NCBI GenBank assembly: GCA_038322815.1
Contig: JBBQGG010000004.1
Location: 1,953-65,952, forward strand
Direction of reading: 5' to 3'
Source: Candidatus Kapaibacterium sp.
GTDB lineage: Bacteria > Bacteroidota > Ignavibacteria > Palsa-1295
DNA length: 64,000 nucleotides
Shown here piece after piece: positions 42,915 through 52,142 of this stretch. Position 1 is the first letter of the stretch; the number at the start of each line of letters is the position of its first letter. The notes below the pieces were generated by a model. It saw only the letters and a list, made by a program, of their open reading frames with translations, ran no database searches and had not been told where the DNA came from. The translations under genes and the position numbers were made by a program.

Positions 42915-43094
42915 ATGAAACTATTGACAACAACGATTGCGCGTATTATTTTTGCAATTCCATTTGCAATATTTGGTATAATGCATTTGACCAATGCCGA
43001 TAAAATGGCAGGATATGTTCCTATTCCCGGCGGAGCGTTCTGGGTTTCATCCGCTTGTTATGCCATGGATTACACCCGAAGCATCTACGACTGA
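42915..43094 (+). pseudogene. DoxX-family membrane protein, N-terminal ~45 codons only
   Basis: Hand translation MKLLTTTIARIIFAIPFAIFGIMHLTNADKMAGYVPIPGGAFWV, then unrelated sequence and a stop. DoxX proteins are normally about 130 aa. Confidence 0.5.
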
Positions 43095-43179
43095 CCAAAT
43101 AATTGAGCAAGGAAGTAAATGCCCGTCAGGTGCGCTTACCTACTTTATGAATAGCGAAAAACCGGAAGAACAACGGTAG
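43039..43179 (+). pseudogene. C-terminal ~35 codons of a divergent 4Fe-4S mono-cluster protein
   Basis: ...FHPLVMPWITPEASTTDQIIEQGSKCPSGALTYFMN matches the C-terminal pattern RPWI.PEGA....II.QV..CPSGAL.Y. The N-terminal Cys-containing half is absent. Confidence 0.45.
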
Positions 43180-43294
43180 CCGCAGACTTTAGCCTGCGCT
43201 CCCAAAATAAAGTTGAAGCAATGCCGTATGGCACACGTGAACTGTCGATGATGGATGATGAATAGGTGAAGAAAGCAGTTCACGCTTCTAAAGG

Positions 43295-43322
43295 CGGTGC
43301 GGAGCGATCCGCACCGTTTTTA
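43295..43322 (+). terminator. rho-independent terminator
   Basis: CGGTGCGGA-gcga-TCCGCACCG followed by TTTTTA. Confidence 0.6.
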
Positions 43323-44468
43323 ATTTTTATTCATTAACCGTAATACCACGGCATCACAGAACCGATAACCTTTTTTGCTCAGGCGTAAATAATTACCGGC
43401 ATACTCAACCATGCCCTCCTCTATTAACATCGGAAGTTCTTTATGAGTGAGAAGGTCTTCACCGAATACTTTTTTGAATGAGGGAAGATCGATACCTGTT
43501 GCTCGAAGCTGGACGAAGAGAATTTCCGTTCTTCTTTTTTCGATAGAAAGTTTTTCGGAATTAATACGTGGCAGTTTTTCTTCGACGATCATTGCTCCAT
43601 ACTGATCAAGCGATGAGATATTCCATGCACGCATCCCTCCAAGGAATTCATGCGCCGAAGGACCGAAGGACACGTAATCTTTATTGCCATCCCAATACAC
43701 AAGATTATGATGCGCTCGTTTTTCGTGACTCATTGCATAATTGGAAATCTCGTATTGCTCATATCCAGCTTCAGCAAGCCTTGTCTGAACCATCTCGAAT
43801 AATTCTGCCGCTTCTTCCTGCTGCATTTCGCCAACTTGACCGAGCTTTACCAATCTATTGAGCGGTGTTCCCTCTTCGACGGTGAGATTATAGGCACTTA
43901 TATGATCAGTGTCAAGAGCGAGCGCTTCATCAATCGAGTATGAAAGCTTTTCTTTCGTCTGATTCGGTAATGCAAACATTAGATCAAGGCTGACATTTTC
44001 GAATCCTGCTTGCCGTGCAAGCTTGATCGCAACCCGCGCTTCATCGGCATTATGAATGCGCGATAGCCATTTCAATTCATCTTCATTAAAAGATTGAACT
44101 CCAAAGCTGAGGCGGTTCACGCCAAGTTTTTTATAAGCCGAAAGTTTTTCTAATGTAACTGTTCCGGGATTACATTCAAGAGTAAATTCAAGATCCTCAG
44201 CAATAACAAAATATTTTTTTATCTGTACGATGATGGAGGATAATTCTTTTGGAGAGAGCAATGAAGGCGTGCCCCCTCCAAAGAAAATAGTTTTAAGATT
44301 GCGACCTTCGAGTTCAGGATGTACCTTTATTTTCAGATCGACCTCTTTATTGAGTAAGTCGACAAATTTACTTTGCGAGCTTCTGTCCTCAATAGAATAG
44401 AAATCACAATAGACACATTTTGTATCACAGAACGGAATGTGGAAATATGCGGATAAATCTGAATTCAT
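43320..44468 (-). CDS. hemW: radical SAM heme chaperone HemW (HemN-like)
   Basis: YFHIPFCDTKCVYCDF (CxxxCxxC), IFFGGGTPS, NRLSFGVQSF. 382 aa. Confidence 0.85.
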   Translation of the reverse strand: MNSDLSAYFHIPFCDTKCVYCDFYSIEDRSSQSKFVDLLNKEVDLKIKVHPELEGRNLKTIFFGGGTPSLLSPKELSSIIVQIKKYFVIAEDLEFTLECNPGTVTLEKLSAYKKLGVNRLSFGVQSFNEDELKWLSRIHNADEARVAIKLARQAGFENVSLDLMFALPNQTKEKLSYSIDEALALDTDHISAYNLTVEEGTPLNRLVKLGQVGEMQQEEAAELFEMVQTRLAEAGYEQYEISNYAMSHEKRAHHNLVYWDGNKDYVSFGPSAHEFLGGMRAWNISSLDQYGAMIVEEKLPRINSEKLSIEKRRTEILFVQLRATGIDLPSFKKVFGEDLLTHKELPMLIEEGMVEYAGNYLRLSKKGYRFCDAVVLRLMNKN

Positions 44469-44477
44469 AATTCTAAG

Positions 44478-44540
44478 CAGTGGAGCGGACCCTTAGTCCG
44501 CCAGCAAAGAAGACGAGCGAACTAAGAGTCCGCCCCACTG
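44478..44540. repeat. long imperfect hairpin CAGTGGAGCGGACCCTTAG...CTAAGAGTCCGCCCCACTG
   Basis: Read directly in the hemW|lepB spacer. Shares the GTGG-GGAC...GTCC-CCAC theme with 59605-59631. Confidence 0.5.
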
Positions 44541-44544
44541 AAGT

Positions 44545-45510
44545 TTAGTGAACTCCGTTAAGAATTCTTCCCCACCGGATATTAAATTTTTGGATTTCAT
44601 CGGGGTCACCTTCGCCGGGTGAGTATGGCGGATTGAACATTGACCAGTAAATAAAGAGCGCATTGCCGACAACATTATCAACAGGAGCAAAACCCCAATA
44701 CCGTGAATCGAGTGAGTTATCACGGTTATCGCCCATCATCCAAAGATAATCGCGTTCAATGGTATAACTTTTCACCGGTTTTTCATCAATGAGAAATGTT
44801 CCATTTTCTCCAAGGCGAATCGCATGTCCTTCGCGCTGAATGATCACAGCCCAAGCATCATAGGTTTGTGCATCAAGATTAATAACATCGCCTTTTTTTG
44901 GAATGCGGATCGGTCCGTAATTATCGCGATTCCATCCGTTATTCCCTCTTGGGAAAAGATTACCTCCGGGCTCTACCATTCCCTTGCGCATCGTATCGTT
45001 GCTTGCTATCATGTTCTCCGGATTTTTCATCGGTGTACTGTTTACATATACCTGCTTATTCCGGACTTCGATCGTATCTCCGGGAATGCCAATACAACGC
45101 TTAATATAATTTACATTTTTCTCAGGAGTCGTGAAAGTCACTTGATCACGGTTGCCGGGAAATTCAAATACGACAACGTCGCCGCGGCTGACGTGGAATG
45201 TATTAACTCCGATATGCGGTATTTCAATATTTGTAAAAGGCAGATATTTCGGTGTCTTAAAACTATAGGCAAGTTTATTAACGAAAAGATAATCGCCGAC
45301 AAGAAGTGAGTTTTTCATCGAACCTGTTGGAATGCGAAAGGCTTCGACGAAGAACGAGCGAATACCAATGGCGATAAGTGCTGCAATAAGTATCGATCTC
45401 CAGAATCCGTCTTTTTTCTTTATCGGTTTCTTCGTTTTAGATATAGATACGCTTCCACCATCTTTACGAATTTCCTCTAACGTTCTTGTTCTCGACTCGT
45501 TTTTTGCCAT
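44545..45510 (-). CDS. lepB: signal peptidase I
   Basis: IPTGSMKNSLLVGDYLFVNK (Ser), IKRCIGIPGD (Lys), GDNRDNSLDSRYWGF. Confidence 0.9.
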   Translation of the reverse strand: MAKNESRTRTLEEIRKDGGSVSISKTKKPIKKKDGFWRSILIAALIAIGIRSFFVEAFRIPTGSMKNSLLVGDYLFVNKLAYSFKTPKYLPFTNIEIPHIGVNTFHVSRGDVVVFEFPGNRDQVTFTTPEKNVNYIKRCIGIPGDTIEVRNKQVYVNSTPMKNPENMIASNDTMRKGMVEPGGNLFPRGNNGWNRDNYGPIRIPKKGDVINLDAQTYDAWAVIIQREGHAIRLGENGTFLIDEKPVKSYTIERDYLWMMGDNRDNSLDSRYWGFAPVDNVVGNALFIYWSMFNPPYSPGEGDPDEIQKFNIRWGRILNGVH

Positions 45511-45534
45511 AAGTATTTGTTACTTGTTTTTAGA

Positions 45535-45657
45535 GTGTCATTGCGAGGAGTCCGCCTGCGGACGACGAAGCAATCTCCTAAATCGTGGTAGAGCTTAACA
45601 TGCTACAATCTATTAGGGGATTGCTTCGCCGGGTTAAAGCCCTTCTCGCAATGACAC
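45535..45657. repeat. palindromic repeat, GCGAGG subtype, loop inverted relative to 21098-21222
   Basis: GTGTCATTGCGAGGAG...CGACGAAGCAATCTCCTAAATCGTGGTAGAGC...GGGGATTGCTTCGCC...CTTCTCGCAATGACAC. Confidence 0.8.
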
Positions 45658-45663
45658 CAAATT

Positions 45664-47466
45664 CTAATCTGAAATTTGTAAAATCGCAAGGAAAGCTTCC
45701 TGAGGCACTTCGATTCTTCCGACTTGCTTCATACGCTTCTTGCCTTCTTTCTGTTTCTCCAGAAGTTTTCTCTTGCGCGATATATCACCGCCATAACATT
45801 TCGCCGTTACGTCTTTGCGAAGTGCCTTCACGCTTTCACGTGCAATGATCTTTGCACCGATAGCAGCTTGGATCGCAACTTCGAACATATGACGTGGGAT
45901 CAGCTCACGAAGTTTCGTGCATAATTTTTTGCCCCATTCAAATGCCTTGTCTCTGTGAACTATTGTGCTGAATGCATCAACCGGATCACCATTGAGCAAT
46001 ATATCAAGTTTTACAAGATCGGACTGGCGATACTCTAAAAATTCATAATCAAGCGAAGCATAGCCGCGCGAAATTGATTTTAGCTTATCGTAAAAATCAA
46101 AAATAATTTCTGATAATGGGAATTCATACTGAATATCAGCACGTGTTGCATCGAGATAGGTTGTCGTTTTATAGACGGCGCGGCGCTCAGTTGCAAGTTT
46201 CATTATCGCTCCGACATATTCACTCGGCACGATGATCTGCGCTTTGACAAACGGTTCTTCTATATATTCTATATGTCCGGGAGGAGGCATTGCAGATGGA
46301 TTATCAACGTTGATGATCTCATTCGATGTCGTCATCACTTTATACTCTACATTCGGAACAGTGGTGACAAGGCTCTGATTAAACTCGCGCTCCAATCTCT
46401 CCTGAATGATTTCCATGTGGAGCAATCCGAGAAAGCCGCAGCGAAATCCAAAGCCAAGAGCAACGGAGGTTTCCGGTTCGAATTGAAGTGACGAATCATT
46501 AAGGGTAAGCTTATCCAATGAATCGCGAAGCTCAGTATATGCTTCGGCATTCTGCGGATAAAGTCCGGCAAAAACCATCGGCTTCGATTCTTTGAAACCG
46601 GATATCGCCTCAGGCGCCGGATTGCGGAATGAAGTGATCGTATCACCAACTCGCGTTTCTTTGACATTCTTTACTCCGGCAATTAAGTAACCTACATCTC
46701 CGGCTGAAAGAGATTTTTTCTGCTCTCTGCCAAGACGTAATGTTCCAACTTCTTCCACGCGATATTTCATGCGGCTGTGCATGAACATGATCTCATCGCC
46801 TTCGGAAATCGTGCCATCGAAGACGCGCATATAGACAATAGACCCACGATAGGAATCGAAGAGAGAATCGAAGATCAGGCAGCGAAGTGTACCGGCAGGA
46901 TCGCCTTGCGGAGCCGGAATCCGTTTATGGATTTCTTCTAAAATTCCTGCAATGCCGATTCCGGCTTTTGCGCTGGCAAGCAAGATGTCTTCTTTCTTGC
47001 AGCCGATTAGTTCGATGATCTGATTCGAAACTTCATCGATCATCGCCGATTGCAGATCTACTTTATTTAGAACCGGAATGATCTCAAGACCTGCATCAAT
47101 AGCAAGATAGAGATTCGTGATCGTCTGGGCCTCGACACCTTGCGTAGCATCGACTACGAGAATCGCTCCTTCGCAAGCAGCAAGCGATCGGGAAACTTCA
47201 TAAGTAAAATCAACGTGCCCGGGAGTATCGACCATGTTATATGTGTACTCTTTACCATTGAGAGCTTTATACTTCATCATGATGGCATGAAGCTTGATCG
47301 TAATGCCGCGCTCCTGCTCGAGATCCATATCGTCTAAGACCTGGTTATATTCCATCTCGCGCGCTGCTATGGTATGCGTTTCAAGCAGCATCTTATCGGC
47401 AAGTGTGGACTTCCCGTGATCAATATGCGCGATAATGCAAAAATTCCTTATATGGTCGAGCGTCAT
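45664..47466 (-). CDS. lepA: translation elongation factor 4
   Basis: [34 protein letters not shown]. 600 aa with the LepA C-terminal domain. Confidence 0.95.
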   Translation of the reverse strand: MTLDHIRNFCIIAHIDHGKSTLADKMLLETHTIAAREMEYNQVLDDMDLEQERGITIKLHAIMMKYKALNGKEYTYNMVDTPGHVDFTYEVSRSLAACEGAILVVDATQGVEAQTITNLYLAIDAGLEIIPVLNKVDLQSAMIDEVSNQIIELIGCKKEDILLASAKAGIGIAGILEEIHKRIPAPQGDPAGTLRCLIFDSLFDSYRGSIVYMRVFDGTISEGDEIMFMHSRMKYRVEEVGTLRLGREQKKSLSAGDVGYLIAGVKNVKETRVGDTITSFRNPAPEAISGFKESKPMVFAGLYPQNAEAYTELRDSLDKLTLNDSSLQFEPETSVALGFGFRCGFLGLLHMEIIQERLEREFNQSLVTTVPNVEYKVMTTSNEIINVDNPSAMPPPGHIEYIEEPFVKAQIIVPSEYVGAIMKLATERRAVYKTTTYLDATRADIQYEFPLSEIIFDFYDKLKSISRGYASLDYEFLEYRQSDLVKLDILLNGDPVDAFSTIVHRDKAFEWGKKLCTKLRELIPRHMFEVAIQAAIGAKIIARESVKALRKDVTAKCYGGDISRKRKLLEKQKEGKKRMKQVGRIEVPQEAFLAILQISD

Positions 47467-47478
47467 GAGTTAATCTTA

Positions 47479-47530
47479 AGTCGTTAGTCTTTTGTCGTTA
47501 GCGGAAATAGATGAACTAACGGGCAACGAC
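47479..47530. repeat. GTTAGT-type hairpin upstream of lepA
   Basis: AAGTCGTTAGTCTTTTGTCGTTAGC-ggaaatagatga-ACTAACGGGCAACGAC. Confidence 0.55.
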
Positions 47531-47619
47531 TGAAATTTTAGTTAGCGAGGTTAAACACGCAGGAAGGGGAAAATGCTCCGAAGGAAGGGGAAGTTAAAGA
47601 GTGAGTAGGCGAGGACAGA

Positions 47620-48711
47620 TTATTGAATTGACCTCAAAATTGTTGTTTGATACCAAACACCAAGAAAACCATCATTGGATATTGGATCACTGCCATACAC
47701 GATGTTTCTCTCGTCCGGCGACCATTCAGGGAATACACAAATAGCTGATGGAAAACCGGAGTACGGATTCGTAGTCAGAATTGATTTTACAAGTGTACTC
47801 CTTTCAATGATTCCAATTTCACTATTGTCGTATGCATTGCCCCCAGTTTGCAAAGAGTAACGGGGGTATGAACTATACAGGATTCTTGAACCATCATGAT
47901 TATAGTGCAAGAACAGACACCAAACGTATGGTAGAGGTATTAAAAGTTATAGGGATCGTATCCTGTTTTCTCGTAGTGATATTGAATTCAAATACGATCG
48001 GTGCTCTGTTAACACCTACTGACGGTACAAGAAGACTCCTGTGATCAGGATGAATATCGAAACCGTTCTGTATTTCACCAGGTCCAAGCGATGAAATATG
48101 ATGCAATAAAAATTGTTTCACTCCCGAACTCCGAACATACAAATAATATCCTGCATCTTCTGGATCGGTATTCGCTTGTGAATAACTCCCATAAGAATAA
48201 TAGATGATAGAATCATTACTAAGATAGACAGCGCTAGAAATGCTGTTTGCTGAGTTCAACAACTCAGTGTTCGACAAAGTGTTGAGATCAATTTCCTGGA
48301 GATTGCCGATGGAGACATCTCTATGGAGAGATTTTATACAAAGCAATTTAGATTTTTCTTGGTTAAATCGCATTGCAATAATTCCAAAAAACGTATTCCC
48401 TGAACCCGAGGCATTAGGATCAAAAAGTAATACCGAATCATGTACTACATGGAAACTATCGTCGAGGTCATAATAACGCAAAGGATTCGCGGCATAAATT
48501 CGATGGTCGTCCCAAAGTGCAGTAGTATAATTTCCGGTACGCAATGCTGTACCATTCTGGGTAAAATCGTATTCTGCAGGAAGTAAAACCATTGTTGAAC
48601 AAGTTGGCGGATTATTCAGTGTTCAGTTGGTGTTTTGCAACCAAAGACAAAACATGGAGCGAGCAAAGCAATGGAAATATACCTAAAACTTTGCGATAAA
48701 AAAATTTTCAT
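47620..48711 (-). pseudogene. TolB/PD40-like beta-propeller lipoprotein gene broken into three frames
   Basis: Piece 1 is 48711-48616: MKIFLSQSFRYISIALLAPCFVFGCKTPTEH* (lipobox). Piece 2 is ORF 48592-47900. Piece 3 is ORF 47910-47620, with NHDGSRILYSS and WSPDERNIVYGS PD40-like motifs. Adjacent pieces lie in different frames. Confidence 0.55.
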
Positions 48712-48859
48712 TCTCTTGAATACCGGTTTTTGAGCTAACACGTTCGCGGTTTGTTGAGTCGGAGAACGTTTTTGGGTTCGATTATGAAAGATTCTTCACA
48801 AATATACAAAATAAAAATGTGATTTCCAAACCTCTTTTCATTTTTTTTTAAAAAAATAT

Positions 48860-51800
48860 CTATTTTACAACTTCCAGTTTAGCTCCGATTGCTCCGCCTA
48901 TTGAAGAAATACGAACATAATACAAACCGGGACATATACTTAAAAGTGGGATCCGTACTTGTTTGATTCCTGCTAAAACATCTTGCCTATATACTTCTCT
49001 TCCCAGCACATCAAAAACAGCAAGCGTTGAATTGATCTCAGGCGGATTAGAGAAAGAACAAACTGCTGTATTTCCTGATGCTGGATTCGGACGAATGGAA
49101 AATGATTGCTGAGACATATCAGAGGTTTGCACAGAGTTAACTTCAACCGGAATTCCTTTTCCGCGCAGCATAGAAAATTTTTTGAAAGCATCAGAATAAA
49201 TGGCATTGATATCCGTCTCCCAATCAAGGCGTGCACTATCTTTCCCCTCTGATCTCGGATGAAAGCAAATCTTCATAGAAATACTCTTGCCTGGTGTGAT
49301 CTGAATCGGAAGTAATGCAGCAGATTGCAGATCAAGGGAGAAATTCGCAGTGTCGGATAACAGCCATGATTTCATTATTGTAAAGGGGGCAAGACCGGCA
49401 TTATGAATAAGTAAATTTTTGCACGATTCGGTACCCACCGTTATAGAATCAAAATCCAAATTATCGGCATTGATAAGCCCGGTCTCACTATGGGCGTCGA
49501 GTGAGATTGCAATCTCGAAACAATCGGTGCTAACAATTAGCGAGTCCTTATGGCGCAAAGAATCTTTTGCATCATAGCATAACTCGATCTTGAATGAATC
49601 TTGGGACACGACTCCGTATGGAAGCTGCGGTGTAATAGAGTTGATAGTGAATGCCGCGTCACCTTTCTTTAATTTTGCAGAAGTAAAATCTAAGGGTGTA
49701 CTTCCAATGATACCGGTATTCTTGAAAACGAATGTCGTGCATATCCGGCTTCCGACGATTTGCTGAGGAAAGAATATACTATCTGGCCGAATCGAGCCGA
49801 TAGGAATGGTCTTTAAACTATATTGAGGAGCGTTGCGTGATAATCGAAGAAGAACTCCATTACCGTTATTATCAATAATGCCGATCGGTGCGGATGTCGA
49901 TGCAAGACGGTTCGAAATCTTCACAGTGAAACAATATGACTGCGACGAATGCCATTGGGGGAGAAGTTCACCCCTATAAAGATCAAGCGACGCCGAATCA
50001 AAGGTTACATTATGATATTTAGTGCCGATTTTTCCGTAATACACTCCTTCTGAATCATCCACTAATGAGACTACTCTGATACCGGGATCATTCTTATTTG
50101 AATCACTTACACATATATTCCAGCCCATGCAATTCGGCAACGTATCAATTGCAACCGAAAATGCCGGCGCAACACCGGAATTCAGTTGCATTCCGGCAGG
50201 TGCAGCAGATTCTGATTCGAATTGCTCATAGACTTTGTCACCGAAGTACCAGTACTCACCCATACCATAACTATAAACGGCGAACGGAAAATCCGAATGC
50301 ATATAGTACGGACCTGATCCAATACGATAACGTGCACCTTTTACACCAGGATAATTTTTTGAGACTACATTTACCGACCCCGCGCTTGGAAGAGCTGTAA
50401 TAATGGGATGCTCGATCGCACCGTTTGCGGAGACCATTATCGCAGAAAGACTATCGGCGATCACATCAATGAATTGGTCGCCAACTACTCCATGATCGGT
50501 AGGAGGGGTCAGAACGGAAAAATTATATGTTTTTCGCCATCTCGAATGCGGTACGATCGTCATCATACTGGGAGCAGTGTAAGGCTTGTTTGTCGGCTGC
50601 GCTCGTTCGTCGTATTGCATGATGTAGATCTTGTGTCCGTTCGTCGAATAGAAATCGACCGGTGAGGTTACATCGAATTTTTCCGGAGTAGGGGCTGCAA
50701 GTCTTGATGCATTCAACGCATAGCCTCCGCCAATACCGATAACATCAGCCTGGACTTTCACTCCTACAGTATCAAATGTATAGACACGATAATTATCTCC
50801 GTGTCCTTCAGATGCAGTAGGTGTTCCTTCAATGAACGGAATCGATAAATATCCTGCTGTATCCCAAACTTCAACAGGAGTCATCTGTTCGATCATAAAA
50901 TCTCGTGCATCGAACAATTGCCCTGCTACACCGCCAAGAGTTGCATTTTCCGCACCTCCGAGGACGACAACAGGTTTCGAACTTTCAACAAGAGAACCCG
51001 AAATATCCTGGGTAGCATCTTTTCCATTGGAGCGTACAAGATAACATTGACCTCTTGAAAGTGATGTGCTATAGGGAATGATTTTCCCTTTGGCTCCCGC
51101 GCCGGTATGCACGCCTGTATGACCTCCGGTTGTTGTAGAATTCGGAGTGATCTTTACCATAGTGTTATCTTCAGTAGCAATCACCATAAAGATACCTCCG
51201 GCAACATCGATGATCGCAGGGTAGCCGTATGAAGTACCCGATAATGCTCCGTTGGTTGCATCGTCAAAGTAATTTGACACAACATAATTTTTTCCGAGTC
51301 CCTGAACTGGAAGTGCCAAATATCCTCCGCCTGAATTAGCACCGACAGATACATATTGAACGCTTACCGGATATTTTGAAGTGATATGACATGACCGCGG
51401 CATCGGAATTTCCGGAAAGGAATCCATTCGCATTCCCGCAATATTCAAAGGAATTTGCAGAGTGCCTCGGGCAGGTATTTTCGACATTTTTGGAAATTGT
51501 TCATTTCCTGAACCATCGAAATAAGAAACATTTACTGTATTACTATAATATGTCGTGATGAGTGCAAAGACCTTATAATATGGCGCCGTTTGATTTTGAA
51601 CCACATTATTGAATGTAGGATAGAGCAAGCCGAGGTAAAATTCACGCCCTTCATTAGTCAGGCTTCCATGCGAAAGACGAACTCCAGTGAAACTTCCCTT
51701 CATGCCAAGTGAAGCATATACTTTATTTTGATAAGAATATGTACCTGCCACCTCAACTATATATGTATAGGATGTTCCCGAATTTACTGGTCCCAAAGGA

Positions 51801-52063
51801 AGCGCCCCAGCAGGAGAAGAAATAGATACCAATGGATATGTTAGGAAATCCCCACGAAAGACAATAGTATCGCCGATTTCAAATGTCAATGCACTTGGTG
51901 AATAATGATACCCCAAGGTACCACCAAAATCGACATTATGGGTCGTAGGGGTGAGCGCCAATACATCCGAAGAGGTCAGAAGGATAAAGAAATTTGCATA
52001 TCCGAATAAAAATAATAACGGAATGCAACCGCTCAACTTAAAGAGTCGGGGAATAATGCTCAT
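48860..52063 (-). CDS. giant (about 1067 aa) T9SS-secreted surface protein, paralogue of 9307-13824, with an N-terminal cupredoxin-like module
   Basis: Start taken at MSIIPRLFKL (52063). GREFYLGLLYPTFNN...VNVSYFD is homologous to the N-domain of 9307-13824. C-terminus IRPNPASGNTAV...GLYYVRISSIGGAIGAKLEVVK is a T9SS sorting domain. Confidence 0.7.
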   Translation of the reverse strand: MSIIPRLFKLSGCIPLLFLFGYANFFILLTSSDVLALTPTTHNVDFGGTLGYHYSPSALTFEIGDTIVFRGDFLTYPLVSISSPAGALPLGPVNSGTSYTYIVEVAGTYSYQNKVYASLGMKGSFTGVRLSHGSLTNEGREFYLGLLYPTFNNVVQNQTAPYYKVFALITTYYSNTVNVSYFDGSGNEQFPKMSKIPARGTLQIPLNIAGMRMDSFPEIPMPRSCHITSKYPVSVQYVSVGANSGGGYLALPVQGLGKNYVVSNYFDDATNGALSGTSYGYPAIIDVAGGIFMVIATEDNTMVKITPNSTTTGGHTGVHTGAGAKGKIIPYSTSLSRGQCYLVRSNGKDATQDISGSLVESSKPVVVLGGAENATLGGVAGQLFDARDFMIEQMTPVEVWDTAGYLSIPFIEGTPTASEGHGDNYRVYTFDTVGVKVQADVIGIGGGYALNASRLAAPTPEKFDVTSPVDFYSTNGHKIYIMQYDERAQPTNKPYTAPSMMTIVPHSRWRKTYNFSVLTPPTDHGVVGDQFIDVIADSLSAIMVSANGAIEHPIITALPSAGSVNVVSKNYPGVKGARYRIGSGPYYMHSDFPFAVYSYGMGEYWYFGDKVYEQFESESAAPAGMQLNSGVAPAFSVAIDTLPNCMGWNICVSDSNKNDPGIRVVSLVDDSEGVYYGKIGTKYHNVTFDSASLDLYRGELLPQWHSSQSYCFTVKISNRLASTSAPIGIIDNNGNGVLLRLSRNAPQYSLKTIPIGSIRPDSIFFPQQIVGSRICTTFVFKNTGIIGSTPLDFTSAKLKKGDAAFTINSITPQLPYGVVSQDSFKIELCYDAKDSLRHKDSLIVSTDCFEIAISLDAHSETGLINADNLDFDSITVGTESCKNLLIHNAGLAPFTIMKSWLLSDTANFSLDLQSAALLPIQITPGKSISMKICFHPRSEGKDSARLDWETDINAIYSDAFKKFSMLRGKGIPVEVNSVQTSDMSQQSFSIRPNPASGNTAVCSFSNPPEINSTLAVFDVLGREVYRQDVLAGIKQVRIPLLSICPGLYYVRISSIGGAIGAKLEVVK

Positions 52064-52142
52064 AATGAAGAAAGTATATCCGATCAAGAAAAACAAAACA
52101 ATCAACTAAACTGACAATCTTTCCTGCTTCTTAGTGCCCGCT

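Noticed and set aside
44493-44723. 76-aa minus-strand ORF overlapping the lepB 3' end
   Set aside because: It is an off-frame reading of lepB plus the spacer hairpin. No motifs are present.
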